64,000 nt of DNA, from NCBI GenBank assembly GCA_965223705.1, contig OZ245015.1, positions 2,848,001 through 2,912,000 of the forward strand. The letters are read 5' to 3'. The notes under the pieces are model-generated. The model did no database searches and had not been told where the DNA came from. It saw only the letters and a list, made by a program, of their open reading frames with translations. The position numbers and the translations under genes were made by a program. Of the stretch, positions 28,545-38,791 are shown in pieces. This stretch comes from Myxococcota bacterium. Lineage in GTDB: Bacteria; Myxococcota_A; UBA9160; UBA6930. Position 1 is the stretch's first letter. Every line of letters starts with the position of its first letter.

Positions 28545-29977
28545 CCCGCTCGCTTTTAGCCCTAGCGCTCATCGCCTTGGCGTTCGGCCTCGGCGCCTTC
28601 TACATCTCCGGAGGACTGGGCGGCTTCGCACTCGCGCACTTGGGCATCGCCGCTGCCGCCCTCGCCGCGGCACTGATCCTCACGCTTCGGGGAGTCACGC
28701 GACACCCCTTTCGGCCCACCGTCGAGTGGTATCGAAGCTTTGTGATCTTCGCAGGAAGTCTCGCAATCTTCGCCATGATCGTCGCCCGCAGCGGTTCCGG
28801 CACGCCGCTTGTTTCGTGGGTACACGAAGACGCACACTCGCTGTCCCCCATCACCGAGAAGCTCCTCGCGAAGGCGCCTCCGTTGCGGGCCGAGTTGTTC
28901 GCGGCCGCCCGCGACCCGCGTATCCCGGCGACGCGGGCCCTGCTCCGCTCGGTCGCCGAAGCCGCGGAGCTGACGCTCGAAGAAGTCCGCACGGAGGGGG
29001 AGCCACCGAGCAACCAGGTGGTGCTGACCGTTGGCGAGTCCACCGTCGTCCTTTCGAAACCCAGCGAGGGGGCCCTGTACGAAGCGCTCGCCGCCGAGCT
29101 CGAAACCCCGGCGGGCGACGTCCTGGTGGCTACCGGTGCGGGCGAAGGCAACCTCGAGGACCGCGGGGAAAACGGCTACACGGGGCTCGGCGCCGCGATC
29201 CGCAACGCCGGTTTTCGAGCGCGGCCGTGGCAGGCCGCGCTCGGTGCGAAAATTCCCGAAGAAGCGCGGTTCGTCCTCATTCTCCGCCCCCAGAAGCCCT
29301 ATACCGCGCAGGGGATCGCCGCCCTCGATGCGTTTCTCGAGCGCGGGGGTCGGATCGCCGCGTTCCTCGACCCGGGGACTCCCGATCCCCTCCTCCGCTG
29401 GCTCGACGGGCTGGGCATCCGGGCGACCGAGAGTCCCGTGGTTGACCCCGACGCACCGCAGGCGGAAGCGGGCGTTCCGGGCACGGTGCTCTACCACTAC
29501 GGCCGTCATCCGGTAGTGCGACCCCTCGGCCCCTCCGATGCGACTTTCTTCGGTGAGAGCCTGGGATTCAAGCTCCACAAGAAGCATCGCTCCGACGAAC
29601 TCTTCGGCCTGGCCTTCACCGGAATCGGCGGTCGACCGCGCGATGACCGGGATGCTGCGGGTGACTTCGTGCCCTTGGTGGTCGCCGCCGAGCGCGAAGA
29701 CGGTGGACGCGTCGTGGTGTTCGGCGACGCAGAAATCGCGTCGAATCGTCTGTTACGAGCGGTCTACAACCTCGATCTCGTCATGAACGCGCTCGAGTGG
29801 GTCGGTGGGAATCGCGAGCGGATTTCGATCCGGCCCAAGAGCAACCGTGCAGTAGCGGGGCAACGTCCGGTCGTACTGGGCGACACCCTGGTGTCGTTCT
29901 TCGGGGCGGGGCTTCTCGTCCCGGAGCTGTTGCTCCTCGCAGCCGCGCTGCTGTGGGTCCGCAGGGGGCGGTCCTAG
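28541..29977 (+). CDS. GldG-like ABC auxiliary periplasmic component
   Basis: N-terminal TMs, ATGAGE, FLERGGR, RVVVFGD, NLDLVMNALEW, ISIRPK, C-terminal TM; ATGA overlap. Confidence 0.8.
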   Translation: MTRSLLALALIALAFGLGAFYISGGLGGFALAHLGIAAAALAAALILTLRGVTRHPFRPTVEWYRSFVIFAGSLAIFAMIVARSGSGTPLVSWVHEDAHSLSPITEKLLAKAPPLRAELFAAARDPRIPATRALLRSVAEAAELTLEEVRTEGEPPSNQVVLTVGESTVVLSKPSEGALYEALAAELETPAGDVLVATGAGEGNLEDRGENGYTGLGAAIRNAGFRARPWQAALGAKIPEEARFVLILRPQKPYTAQGIAALDAFLERGGRIAAFLDPGTPDPLLRWLDGLGIRATESPVVDPDAPQAEAGVPGTVLYHYGRHPVVRPLGPSDATFFGESLGFKLHKKHRSDELFGLAFTGIGGRPRDDRDAAGDFVPLVVAAEREDGGRVVVFGDAEIASNRLLRAVYNLDLVMNALEWVGGNRERISIRPKSNRAVAGQRPVVLGDTLVSFFGAGLLVPELLLLAAALLWVRRGRS

Positions 29978-29984
29978 CGCCCGA

Positions 29985-30419
29985 CTAGCCGCCTCCGCGT
30001 GGCTTCTTGGTCGCCAGGGCAAAGCCCTGCGCCCCGGCCAGCTGCGCCTGATCCAGAACGAAAACCGCTTTCTCGAGGATGACTTCCTTGTCGCCGCGCA
30101 GGATGACCATCTTGTCTTCCGTCTCGGCCAGCGACTTTTCCAGATGCGCGCGCAGGTTCTCGAGCTTCACGAACTCTTCGTTGACCTGAACCTCTCCGTC
30201 CTTCGTGATCGTAACGCTGACGGCCTTCGGAGGCGTTTGGCTCTGCTCCGACGCTTCGGGCAGATCCACCTTCTTGCCGGTGTTGCTGATGACCGACGAC
30301 GTCACCATGAAGATGATGAGCAGCACGAGGAACACGTCGGTGAGCGGCGTGATGTTGATCTCGGCGACGATCCCGGCGCCGAGATCCTCGTCGTTGTCAG
30401 GCTGGGCTGAGATCGCCAC
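29985..30419 (-). CDS. ExbD/TolR family biopolymer transport protein
   Basis: AEINITPLTDVFLVLLIIFMVT, VDLPEA, ILRGDK; GTG 30419 after GGAG. Confidence 0.92.
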   Translation of the reverse strand: MAISAQPDNDEDLGAGIVAEINITPLTDVFLVLLIIFMVTSSVISNTGKKVDLPEASEQSQTPPKAVSVTITKDGEVQVNEEFVKLENLRAHLEKSLAETEDKMVILRGDKEVILEKAVFVLDQAQLAGAQGFALATKKPRGGG

Positions 30420-31089
30420 GAGGCATCTCCCCGGTGTCCTGTCGCTGCTCGGGAGGCGTCCCTGAGCCCGACTCGACGTAAAGGAGCGCTTGTACGAACC
30501 GCTCGGCGGACCGCGAGAACGTCGAGGCGATGGACGTGATGCGCACCTGCAACCAGTTGAAGAGCGCCAATGCAATGATGGCGACGAGGAGACCCACAGC
30601 GGTCGCGATGAGCGCCTCAGCGATACCGGCGGATACGACTTCGAAGCCCGTGTCGCCCGTCACTCCGATTTCTCGAAACGCGCGCATGATGCCGACCACC
30701 GTTCCGAACAAACCGATGTAAGGCGCGAGCGAGCCGACGGTACCGATGAACCACAGACCGCGTCGCAGCTCCGTCACCATCTCGTTGCGGCCGGTCGCGA
30801 GGATCTGATTCAAATCTTCGAGCGCGATGTTTCGCCAGCGCAGCCCCTCGCCAAACACCCGCGCCATCGGCGTCCGCGACTCGTCGCAAAGCGACTGTGC
30901 GGCGGCCACCTCTCCGCGCGAGAGCGCTTCGACGAGTTTTCTCGCCAGGTCGCGGGTCTTTGCCTCGAGCCCGCGGAACCGCCACAGGCGCTCCAAGGCG
31001 ATCGTGAAGATCACCACGGAAAGCACACCCAACGGGTACGTCGTCAGTCTGCCCAGATGAAGCAGTTCGAGAAGCTCACTCGAATCCAC
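30397..31089 (-). CDS. MotA/TolQ/ExbB proton channel protein
   Basis: TVGSLAPYIGLFGTVVGIMRAF, GIAEALIATAVGL. Confidence 0.93.
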   Translation of the reverse strand: MDSSELLELLHLGRLTTYPLGVLSVVIFTIALERLWRFRGLEAKTRDLARKLVEALSRGEVAAAQSLCDESRTPMARVFGEGLRWRNIALEDLNQILATGRNEMVTELRRGLWFIGTVGSLAPYIGLFGTVVGIMRAFREIGVTGDTGFEVVSAGIAEALIATAVGLLVAIIALALFNWLQVRITSIASTFSRSAERFVQALLYVESGSGTPPEQRQDTGEMPRGDLSPA

Positions 31090-31451
31090 AAGTTCTCCCT
31101 TGGCTGTGTACGCGCTCGCCGATAAGTGCCGGCGAACGGTACCGGTAAGCCTCTACCCCATCAAATACTGCGCGTCCGGCCTGTCGCGATTCGGCCCCAG
31201 CCGCGACCCGCGGGGCACCCGCGCGCAACAACGGGCTAGACCTACAAAAACTCGCCCAGTTGTCCGATATTTCAGCGCGGAAACGAACCCCCGCTCAGTG
31301 TGTGGTCATCAACGCTAAAAGATCTCACCGACCTGCCGAATTGAACCCGCTCTCGGCGGTTGGGTTCGAACGAATACGGCGCGACGTGACCACTAAGGTT
31401 TACAGGCGACGGCTCCATCCGCGGGCCGCGTAGGGAGTCGACAGCAACACG

Positions 31452-32573
31452 ATGGCAACTCCGCTCCACTATCACCGGCGTGCGAAGCGCGTCTCCCCGA
31501 TGCGCGCTCGACGCATCGGGGGTGCGGCGGCCGTCGCTGTGGGTGCGGGAGACTTTCCGGGAATCGAGATTGCCGAGCCGCAGTCCGTCCGGGGCCGTCT
31601 GATCAGTGGCAGTGTTGCGCTCGCACTGCATGGCGCCTTCATCCTGGCGCTCGTCCTCGCCGCTTGGCTGATGCCCGAGCAGGTCGAGGAACGCATCTTC
31701 GAGTTGACGCGGATTCAAGACAACGTGGCCCGGGAGGAGCCGGCCCCGGCGCCTCGCGTGATTGCGGAATCCAGCGGTCGCTTCAACCCGGCGCCGATGG
31801 CCGTTCCCGCGCAAATCCGAAGCCCCGCCGTGATTCAGCGCGCCGCACCGGTCGTCCAGGCGCGCAAGCTCGAAATGGCTTCCGTCGCGACCGTGAAAGC
31901 GCCGCGAGAAGTGCAACGCGCGGCCCGGGTGGTGGAACATGCGCGGGCGTTCCAGTCCGCGGTCCAGGTGACAACGTCTCCCCTCGAGGTCGACGCGAAC
32001 GCGCCCGCCATTCGCGGCCCGGTCCAGGCGACCGAGGCCGGCGCCGCTCAGGCGGGCCCTCGCCAAGTCGCGAATGGCGCCACCGTCGGGCGGGATAACC
32101 TGGCCGCGTTGGGTACGGGGTCATCGGTCCGAGACGGCATCGCCTCGAATCGCGACGTCCTGGGGAGCAAGACCGGCGTTCGCGCACAAGTGAACTGGGC
32201 CGTGGGCGACGGAAACCTCCGCGGAACAGGTGGCGATGGCACCGGGCCCGGCGGCATCACCTGGTCGGACTGCATCGCGCGCCCCGAAGTGCGCGCCTAC
32301 ATGGAGCGCATCCGCGCGCGCGTGATGGCGCGTTGGTCGCTCCCGCCTTCGACGCGCGGCAACCAATCCGTGAAGCTCCGTTTCACCCTCGACCGCGCGG
32401 GGAGTGCCAGCGCCGTCGGCGTGGTTCAGTCCGAGGATCCGCTGCTCGGGCAAAGCGCCCAGGCCGCGCTCCGGTCGGCCTCTCCCTTTGATCACATGCC
32501 GGAACGGGTGCGCTGCTTGGCTGGCCAACCGATCTCCGCGACGTTCCGCAATCCCACCGTTGCGAACCGCTAG
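31452..32573 (+). CDS. TonB/TolA-like energy transducer (TM anchor, Pro/Ala-rich linker, TonB-C domain)
   Basis: TM SVALALHGAFILALV; C-terminal YMERIRARVMARW...VKLRFTLDRAG...AALRSASPF; start could be 31500. Confidence 0.75.
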   Translation: MATPLHYHRRAKRVSPMRARRIGGAAAVAVGAGDFPGIEIAEPQSVRGRLISGSVALALHGAFILALVLAAWLMPEQVEERIFELTRIQDNVAREEPAPAPRVIAESSGRFNPAPMAVPAQIRSPAVIQRAAPVVQARKLEMASVATVKAPREVQRAARVVEHARAFQSAVQVTTSPLEVDANAPAIRGPVQATEAGAAQAGPRQVANGATVGRDNLAALGTGSSVRDGIASNRDVLGSKTGVRAQVNWAVGDGNLRGTGGDGTGPGGITWSDCIARPEVRAYMERIRARVMARWSLPPSTRGNQSVKLRFTLDRAGSASAVGVVQSEDPLLGQSAQAALRSASPFDHMPERVRCLAGQPISATFRNPTVANR

Positions 32574-35500
32574 CGCAGCACTCCTAGCGCTCCTTCTCCT
32601 GCTCCCGGCTTCGCTCGCGGTGGCACAGGGCAAGCCCGCTCGCAGGAAGCCGACGGTTCTCCTCTACGACGACAACGAGGCGCTGAAGGAAAAACGCTCC
32701 GACACGAACGCCGACGGAGCGTTCGACGAGTGGGTGCACTACCGAAACGGGAAGCCCAAGCGCGCGGAGCAGGATTCGGACTTCGACGGGGCCATCGACG
32801 TCTGGCTCCAGTACGACGCGGAAGGACAACCGGAGCGCCAAGAGCGCGACACCAACGCCGATACCCGCGCCGATCAGTGGATCTCCTTTCGCGACGGGAG
32901 GCCCGAGCACCAAGAAGACGATCACGATTACGACGGCAAGCCGGACGTCGAGATCCACTACGAAGAGGGTCTCCCGTCTCGGCGCGAAGAAGACTCCGAC
33001 CTCGACGGCAAGCGAGATCGCTGGATCGTCTACCGAGACGGAGAACCCGAGACGATCGAAGAGGATCATTCCGGGGACGGCAAGCCCGACCTGCGGGCGG
33101 AATTCCTACCCGGTGGCAACAAGTCCCGCGAGTTCCAGGACACGGACGCGAACGGTCGCTTCGATGTCACGATCTTTTTCGAGAACGGCAAGCGCGCGCG
33201 CGTCGAAGAGGATACGCGCGACGACGGCAAGCCCGACATCGTCACGTTCTACGAGGCCGACAAAATCGTCCGGCGCGAGGCCGATACGACCGCGGACGGA
33301 CGGTTCGACACGGTGTCGATCTACGAGAACGGCAACGAGCGGCGCCAAACCCGCGACCCCGACGGAGACGGCAAACCGAACGCCATCGTGCTCTTCCTGG
33401 CGAACGGCGATCGGGAGCACGAATCCTTCGACACCACGAACGACGGCAAGCTCGATCTCGAACGCAGCTACACGAACGGTCGAAAAACGCTCGAAGAGCA
33501 GGATCAGAACGGCGATGGCGAGCCGGACCTCGTGACGACCTTCTCGGGTGAGACACCCCTCCGGAGCGAGGCCGACAGCAACTTGGACGGTCGCAAGGAT
33601 ACCTTCGTCGACTACCGAGACGGATTGCGACACCACCAGGAAGAGGACCAAAACCACGACGGCACCGTCGATGTCGCGTTCGACTACGAAGCGGATGGCG
33701 AAATGCTCCGCCTCGAGCAACGCGACGCCGATTTCGACGGCCGGTTCGAGACCGCCGTCATCTATTCTCTGGGAGAGATCCTGCGCAAGGAGATCGATCG
33801 CGCCGGGACCGGCGTTCCCGATCGCATCGAGCACTGGGGCGAAGGCGTGGTCCAGTACGTCGAACTCGACGAAGACGGCGACGGCAAGAAGGAGCTGCGC
33901 AACTACTTCGACGCCAAGGGCCGGCTCGAAAAACAGGAACAGGACACGAACGGCGACGAGAAAACCGACACGTGGATCACGCGCGACGTGGAAACCGACA
34001 CCGAAGAGCGGATTCTCCTCGATCGCAACTTCGACGGCGAGGTCGATTCCTGGCGAGACCACGACACGAAGGGTCAGACGACCCAGTTGCAAGAAGACAA
34101 CGACTACGACGGCACCGTCGATCGCGTCGTCGCCTTCAGGGACGGTCGGCCGGCGACCTTCGAACAAGATTCCGACGGCGACGGACGCATCGACCGCCGC
34201 GGCTCCCTCGACGCCACCGGAAAGGTCGCCGTGGAGGAACGGGCCACCGGAGACGGCGCGGCGTTCGACGTGAAGGTCGCCTTCGAAGACGGCGAGAAGG
34301 TCCGGGAAGAAAAGGACACGACCGGCGACGGCAAGGCGGACATCGTGACCACGTTTTCGGGGGACCAACCCGCGACGCAGCGCCAGGACACCACGGGCGA
34401 CGGCCAGCTCGACACCTACATCATTTTCGCCGCGGGCGTGCGGCAGGAACAACAGCGGGACACGACCGGCGACGGCTCGTTCGACCAGTTGGTGTACTAC
34501 GACGACAAAGGGGAGACCGAGCGCGAAGAGGTCGACGGCAACAGCGACGGCGAGATCGACTTCAAACGCTTCTACAGCGGCGGCGTCGTAGCGCGCGAAG
34601 AACAGGATCGGGATTTCGACGGCACGTTCGAGCTGTCGACACGCTTCGAAAACGGTGCCCCCGCACGTACGGAAGAGGACCTAAACAACGACGGGAAACA
34701 AGACGTCACCATTGAGTACACCGACGGCAAGAAGCGCCTGCAGACGGAAGATCGCAACACTGACGGCCGCGTCGATGTCGTCACGCGGTTCGGTCCGGAC
34801 GAGAAGCCGATCGAAATCGAAGAGGACACCGACGGCGACGGCGAGCGCGAGACGGTGAGCACGTTGGAAGCCGGAGTCGTGGTCCGGACGGTGACCGACC
34901 GAAACGGAGACGGCCGCCCGGACGTGCGCGTCGCGTTCGAGGGCGGAAAAGCGGTACGCACGGAGCAGGATGACGACTTCGACGGAACCTTCGAAAAGCA
35001 GTTCACGGCGGCCAAGGGCGGCGGACAACAGCAAGAGCTCGATCAGAACGCCGACGGGAGGACCGATACCTGGGTTGTCGTCGACGATTCGGGGAACCTC
35101 CTCCGACGAGAAGAGGACAAGAACTTCGACGGCAAGCCGGACCTGATCGTCGAGTTCAAGGCCGGCAAGATTTCGCGCCTTCGCGAAGACACGCGTTTCG
35201 ACGGCTGCTACGACCTCGTGCAGATCTACGACAGCAAGGAGCGGGTATCGCGCCAACGCGAAGATCGAAATGGCGACTGCAAGATCGATTTGTGGTCGAG
35301 GTTCAAGGCCGGCGTCGCTACGTCCCAAGCGGAGGACGCGACAGGGGGCGGCAAGCCGACCTTGGTGGTCCGATTCGATGACTCGGGCAACATCGCCATC
35401 CAAGAGCAGACGACGAACGGCGGCAAGCGACCGGACACGAAGGTGTACTTCACCCCGGGAGGGGCCGTGCGGTCTCAGTGCGTCGACAGCGACGGGAACG

Positions 35501-35838
35501 GCACCTTCGATCTCCGGTATCGCTTCAAGGACGGCGCACCCTATGAGGGCCTGATCGACGTCGACGGCGATGGCCAGGGGGATCAGCGCCAGGTCTTCAG
35601 CGGCCCGGCGGTGGTTCGGCTCGAGATCGACACGAATCGAGACGCGCGCCCCGATGTCGTTCAATACCTCGAAGGCGAACAGGTCGCGCGCCAGTGCCAG
35701 GATGACGACTACGACGGCACCCTCGATGCCTGCTTCACCGGCCAGACGCCGACCGAGCTCGGCGGCGACCGAGCGACGGGGCAAGCCCTCGACGCGTTGG
35801 GCTGTGGCGGCTTCGATCCTCTGTGGAAAGAGCTCTAG
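32560..35838 (+). CDS. Secreted ~1090-aa repeat protein with ~42 tandem ~24-aa Dx[DN]xDG-containing repeats
   Basis: Signal peptide MRTASAALLALLLLLPASLAVAQ from TTG 32560 (overlaps upstream stop). Repeat unit e.g. DSDFDGAIDVWLQYDAEGQPERQER; Cys-containing C-terminal cap. Confidence 0.85.
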   Translation: MRTASAALLALLLLLPASLAVAQGKPARRKPTVLLYDDNEALKEKRSDTNADGAFDEWVHYRNGKPKRAEQDSDFDGAIDVWLQYDAEGQPERQERDTNADTRADQWISFRDGRPEHQEDDHDYDGKPDVEIHYEEGLPSRREEDSDLDGKRDRWIVYRDGEPETIEEDHSGDGKPDLRAEFLPGGNKSREFQDTDANGRFDVTIFFENGKRARVEEDTRDDGKPDIVTFYEADKIVRREADTTADGRFDTVSIYENGNERRQTRDPDGDGKPNAIVLFLANGDREHESFDTTNDGKLDLERSYTNGRKTLEEQDQNGDGEPDLVTTFSGETPLRSEADSNLDGRKDTFVDYRDGLRHHQEEDQNHDGTVDVAFDYEADGEMLRLEQRDADFDGRFETAVIYSLGEILRKEIDRAGTGVPDRIEHWGEGVVQYVELDEDGDGKKELRNYFDAKGRLEKQEQDTNGDEKTDTWITRDVETDTEERILLDRNFDGEVDSWRDHDTKGQTTQLQEDNDYDGTVDRVVAFRDGRPATFEQDSDGDGRIDRRGSLDATGKVAVEERATGDGAAFDVKVAFEDGEKVREEKDTTGDGKADIVTTFSGDQPATQRQDTTGDGQLDTYIIFAAGVRQEQQRDTTGDGSFDQLVYYDDKGETEREEVDGNSDGEIDFKRFYSGGVVAREEQDRDFDGTFELSTRFENGAPARTEEDLNNDGKQDVTIEYTDGKKRLQTEDRNTDGRVDVVTRFGPDEKPIEIEEDTDGDGERETVSTLEAGVVVRTVTDRNGDGRPDVRVAFEGGKAVRTEQDDDFDGTFEKQFTAAKGGGQQQELDQNADGRTDTWVVVDDSGNLLRREEDKNFDGKPDLIVEFKAGKISRLREDTRFDGCYDLVQIYDSKERVSRQREDRNGDCKIDLWSRFKAGVATSQAEDATGGGKPTLVVRFDDSGNIAIQEQTTNGGKRPDTKVYFTPGGAVRSQCVDSDGNGTFDLRYRFKDGAPYEGLIDVDGDGQGDQRQVFSGPAVVRLEIDTNRDARPDVVQYLEGEQVARQCQDDDYDGTLDACFTGQTPTELGGDRATGQALDALGCGGFDPLWKEL

Positions 35839-35916
35839 TGTCGTAAGTGGCCGCCATTCGGTCGCCGATCCCCACCCGTTTCCGTCCGACAAACCCGTCT
35901 CCGCGCGCGAGAAGGT

Positions 35917-35932
35917 CGGTACGCGTGTTGCA
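35917..35932 (+). promoter_or_regulatory. Sigma-54 (-24/-12) promoter
   Basis: CGGTACG-CGTG-TTGCA with exact GG-N10-GC spacing, ~30 bp upstream of ATG 35962. Confidence 0.6.
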
Positions 35933-35961
35933 CTCACCACCCGCGAAAGCGAGGACGAGCG

Positions 35962-36927
35962 ATGAGTGATCGAGCGGATTTCTATGGCGTGGTGGGTGCG
36001 AGCCCGTCGATGCGGGCCCTGTTTCGGGAGGCGCGGCTTGCCCAAGCTTCGGATGCGACGGTGCTGCTTCGCGGCGAAACGGGAACCGGAAAAGAACGGT
36101 TGGCCCGCGCGCTCCACCGGGGGAGCCGAAGGCGGCACAATCCGTTCGTCGCCGTCAACTGCGCGGCCTTCGCGGAAGGACTTCTCGAAAGCGAGTTGTT
36201 CGGACATTGTCGGGGCGCATTCAGTGGCGCGCTCCGGGATAAGCCCGGCCTCGTGGAACTCGCGGGAGGCGGGACGCTCTTTCTCGACGAGATCGGAGAG
36301 ACGTCGCCGGGACTCCAGGTCAAGCTCCTGCGCGTCCTTCAGGAGCGGCGTATCCGGCGGGTCGGCGGCCTCGAAGAACACCCCGTCGACGTTCGCGTCG
36401 TCGCGGCCACGAACCGCGACCTGCGCGAGGCGATTCGTACCGGCGCTTTCCGAGAAGACCTCTACTACCGCTTGGCCGTGATCGAGCTCGACATCCCCCC
36501 GCTCCGAGAACGACGCGAGGACATCCCGATCCTCGTCGACCATTTTTTGGGCCTTCATCGGCGCCCGAAGACGGACGAGCTGGCCGAACTGACGCCCGAG
36601 GCGCTTTCGCTCCTCACGTCCCATCACTGGCCGGGGAACGTGCGAGAGCTCGAGAACGAGATCCAGCGGGCCGTCGCCATGGCACCACCCGATGAGCGGA
36701 TCGGACGCGAGTGGCTCTCGGCGAGGGTGAGGAGCGGTGTCGCTCCCGTCGTCGCCGAGACCCGCTGGGAAGTGGAGAGCCTTCGCGAGACCCTGCGACG
36801 CGTCGAGGCCTGGGTCATCCGTCAGGCCTTGCAACGCAACGGTGGGCACCGCACGCAAACCGCACGGGCCCTGGGGATCACGCGAGAGGGCCTCTACAAG
36901 AAAATGAAGCGCCTGGGGATCGCCTGA
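35962..36927 (+). CDS. Sigma-54 enhancer-binding protein (AAA+ plus Fis HTH) lacking an N-terminal sensor domain
   Basis: GETGTGKE, ESELFGH..GAFSGA, LFLDEIGE, FREDLYYRL, WPGNVRELEN, TARALGITREGLYKK; AAA domain begins at about residue 8. Confidence 0.92.
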   Translation: MSDRADFYGVVGASPSMRALFREARLAQASDATVLLRGETGTGKERLARALHRGSRRRHNPFVAVNCAAFAEGLLESELFGHCRGAFSGALRDKPGLVELAGGGTLFLDEIGETSPGLQVKLLRVLQERRIRRVGGLEEHPVDVRVVAATNRDLREAIRTGAFREDLYYRLAVIELDIPPLRERREDIPILVDHFLGLHRRPKTDELAELTPEALSLLTSHHWPGNVRELENEIQRAVAMAPPDERIGREWLSARVRSGVAPVVAETRWEVESLRETLRRVEAWVIRQALQRNGGHRTQTARALGITREGLYKKMKRLGIA

Positions 36928-36976
36928 CGGGCGGGTGACTAGTGCCCTGCCGCGGAAACGCTAGTTTCCGCGCTCC

Positions 36977-38785
36977 GTGACGACTTCAACGTCTGTACAA
37001 CAACGCCGCAACGTCGCCATCATCGCTCACGTCGATCATGGCAAGACGACCTTGGTGGACGCCCTGCTCCGGCAGAGCGGGCTCTTCCGCGAGGGCCAGG
37101 AAGTCGTCGATCGGGTCATGGACTCGGAAGATCTCGAGCGCGAGCGCGGCATCACGATCGTCGCAAAGAACACGAGCATCGATTACAACGCGTATCGCAT
37201 CGCCCTGGTCGATACTCCAGGACACGCGGATTTCGGTGGCGAAGTCGAGCGCGTCTTGGGGATGGTCGACGGCGTGCTGCTTCTCGTCGATTCCGTCGAA
37301 GGCGTGATGCCGCAGACGCGATTCGTCGTCAGCAAAGCGCTCGAACACGGCTTGCAGCCGATCCTCGTAGTCAACAAGATCGATCGCCCCGAGGCGCGCT
37401 CCGAAGCCGTGGTCGATGAAGTGTTCGATCTGTTGGTCGAGCTCGGAGCGACGGACGAACAACTCGATTTTCCCGTCGTCTACGCCTCGGGCTCCCAAGG
37501 CACCGCCACCCTCGACTTGAGCGAACCCGCGAAAGACCTGCGTCCGCTCCTCGACACGTTGGTCGAAGCGATCCCCGCGCCGGATTGCTCCGAAGACGGT
37601 TCGTTGCAGTTTCAAGCGGTGACGCTCGGTTGGGACGCATTTCTCGGGCGCCTCATCATCGGTCGAGTCGAACGCGGCGTCCTGCGGCGCGGCGAAACCG
37701 TCGTGCGCGTTCGTGACGACGGGCCCGCCGAAAGCTTTCGCGTGAGTAAGCTCTTCGGAACAAAAGGCCTCGAGCGCGTCGAACTCGAGAACGCTCCCGC
37801 CGGCGAGATCGCGATCCTCGCCGGTCTCGACATCGTGGAGATCGGCGACACGATTTGCTCCGTCGGCGATCCCGATCCCCTCCCCCGGATCGCGATCGAT
37901 CCTCCCACCATCCGCGTTTCGTTCGCGGCGAACACGTCGCCCTTCGCCGGGCGCGACGGGCGATTCTTGACGAGCCGGCAAATCGGCGAGCGGCTCGAGC
38001 GCGAAGCGCTCGGCAATGTCTCGATTCAGATCGAAGCGACCGGCGAGCGCGAGCGCTTCTTGGTCGCCGCACGCGGCGAACTGCAAATCGCGATCCTGAT
38101 GGAGACGATGAGGCGCGAGGGATACGAGTTCAGCGTCTCGCGTCCGGAAATCATCGTGCGCGAAATCGACGGAAAGCGGTGCGAGCCCGTCGAAGACGTG
38201 GTGGTCGAAGTCCCGGAGAGCATGTCCGGCGTCGTGATGGACAAACTCTCCCTTCGGCGCGGCGTTCTCCATTCGATGGAGACGCGCGGCGATCGCACGA
38301 GGCTCCACTTCAGTGTCCCGAGCCGCGGCCTGTTCGGCTATCGGGGCGTCTTTTTATCGGACACCCGCGGCGAGGGGGTCCTCTACCGCACCGTACGCGG
38401 CTACGAACCGTTCTCCTCGGAGCTACCGGGGCGGCCGGTCGGCGCCATCGTTGCCACCGAGGCGGGGGTCGCGACGCCGTACGCGATCTTCAACATCCAA
38501 GAACGCTCCACCCTCTTTATTCCCCCCGGAGACCCCGTCTACGAAGGACAGGTCGTTGGGGAAAACCGGCGGTCGGGCGATCTCAATGTGAACGTCTGCC
38601 GCGCGAAGAAGCTCACGAACGTCCGGGCGGCGGGAAAAGACGACAATACGCTGATAACGCCGCATCGCGCACTCACCCTGGAGCGCGCGCTCGAATGGAT
38701 CGAAGACGACGAGCTGCTCGAAGTCACGCCGAAAGCCATTCGGCTCCGCAAGAAAACTCTCGAGGCGAATCGCCGCAAACGCTAA
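36977..38785 (+). CDS. typA: Translational GTPase TypA/BipA
   Basis: [66 protein letters not shown]. Confidence 0.97.
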   Translation: MTTSTSVQQRRNVAIIAHVDHGKTTLVDALLRQSGLFREGQEVVDRVMDSEDLERERGITIVAKNTSIDYNAYRIALVDTPGHADFGGEVERVLGMVDGVLLLVDSVEGVMPQTRFVVSKALEHGLQPILVVNKIDRPEARSEAVVDEVFDLLVELGATDEQLDFPVVYASGSQGTATLDLSEPAKDLRPLLDTLVEAIPAPDCSEDGSLQFQAVTLGWDAFLGRLIIGRVERGVLRRGETVVRVRDDGPAESFRVSKLFGTKGLERVELENAPAGEIAILAGLDIVEIGDTICSVGDPDPLPRIAIDPPTIRVSFAANTSPFAGRDGRFLTSRQIGERLEREALGNVSIQIEATGERERFLVAARGELQIAILMETMRREGYEFSVSRPEIIVREIDGKRCEPVEDVVVEVPESMSGVVMDKLSLRRGVLHSMETRGDRTRLHFSVPSRGLFGYRGVFLSDTRGEGVLYRTVRGYEPFSSELPGRPVGAIVATEAGVATPYAIFNIQERSTLFIPPGDPVYEGQVVGENRRSGDLNVNVCRAKKLTNVRAAGKDDNTLITPHRALTLERALEWIEDDELLEVTPKAIRLRKKTLEANRRKR

Positions 38786-38791
38786 AGCCGC

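Noticed and set aside
27164..29977. 937-aa ORF as a single protein
   Set aside because: The first 459 codons overlap the ABC ATPase and permease in another frame; the real gene starts at the ATGA overlap at 28541.
27043..29977. Calling these genes gliding-motility gldA/gldF/gldG
   Set aside because: The families are widespread in non-gliding bacteria and no other Gld/T9SS genes are in the window.
34310..34480. Three GACAC(G/C)AC(C/G)GGCGACGGC repeats at 72-bp spacing resembling a CRISPR array
   Set aside because: They are the in-frame DTTGDG units of the repeat protein; there is no cas gene or leader.
34681..36858. 725-aa minus-strand ORF (also 2700..4589, 25247..27040, 20043..21614, 10501..11955 and similar)
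   Set aside because: Antisense shadows of well-supported genes, expected at high GC, with no family motifs.
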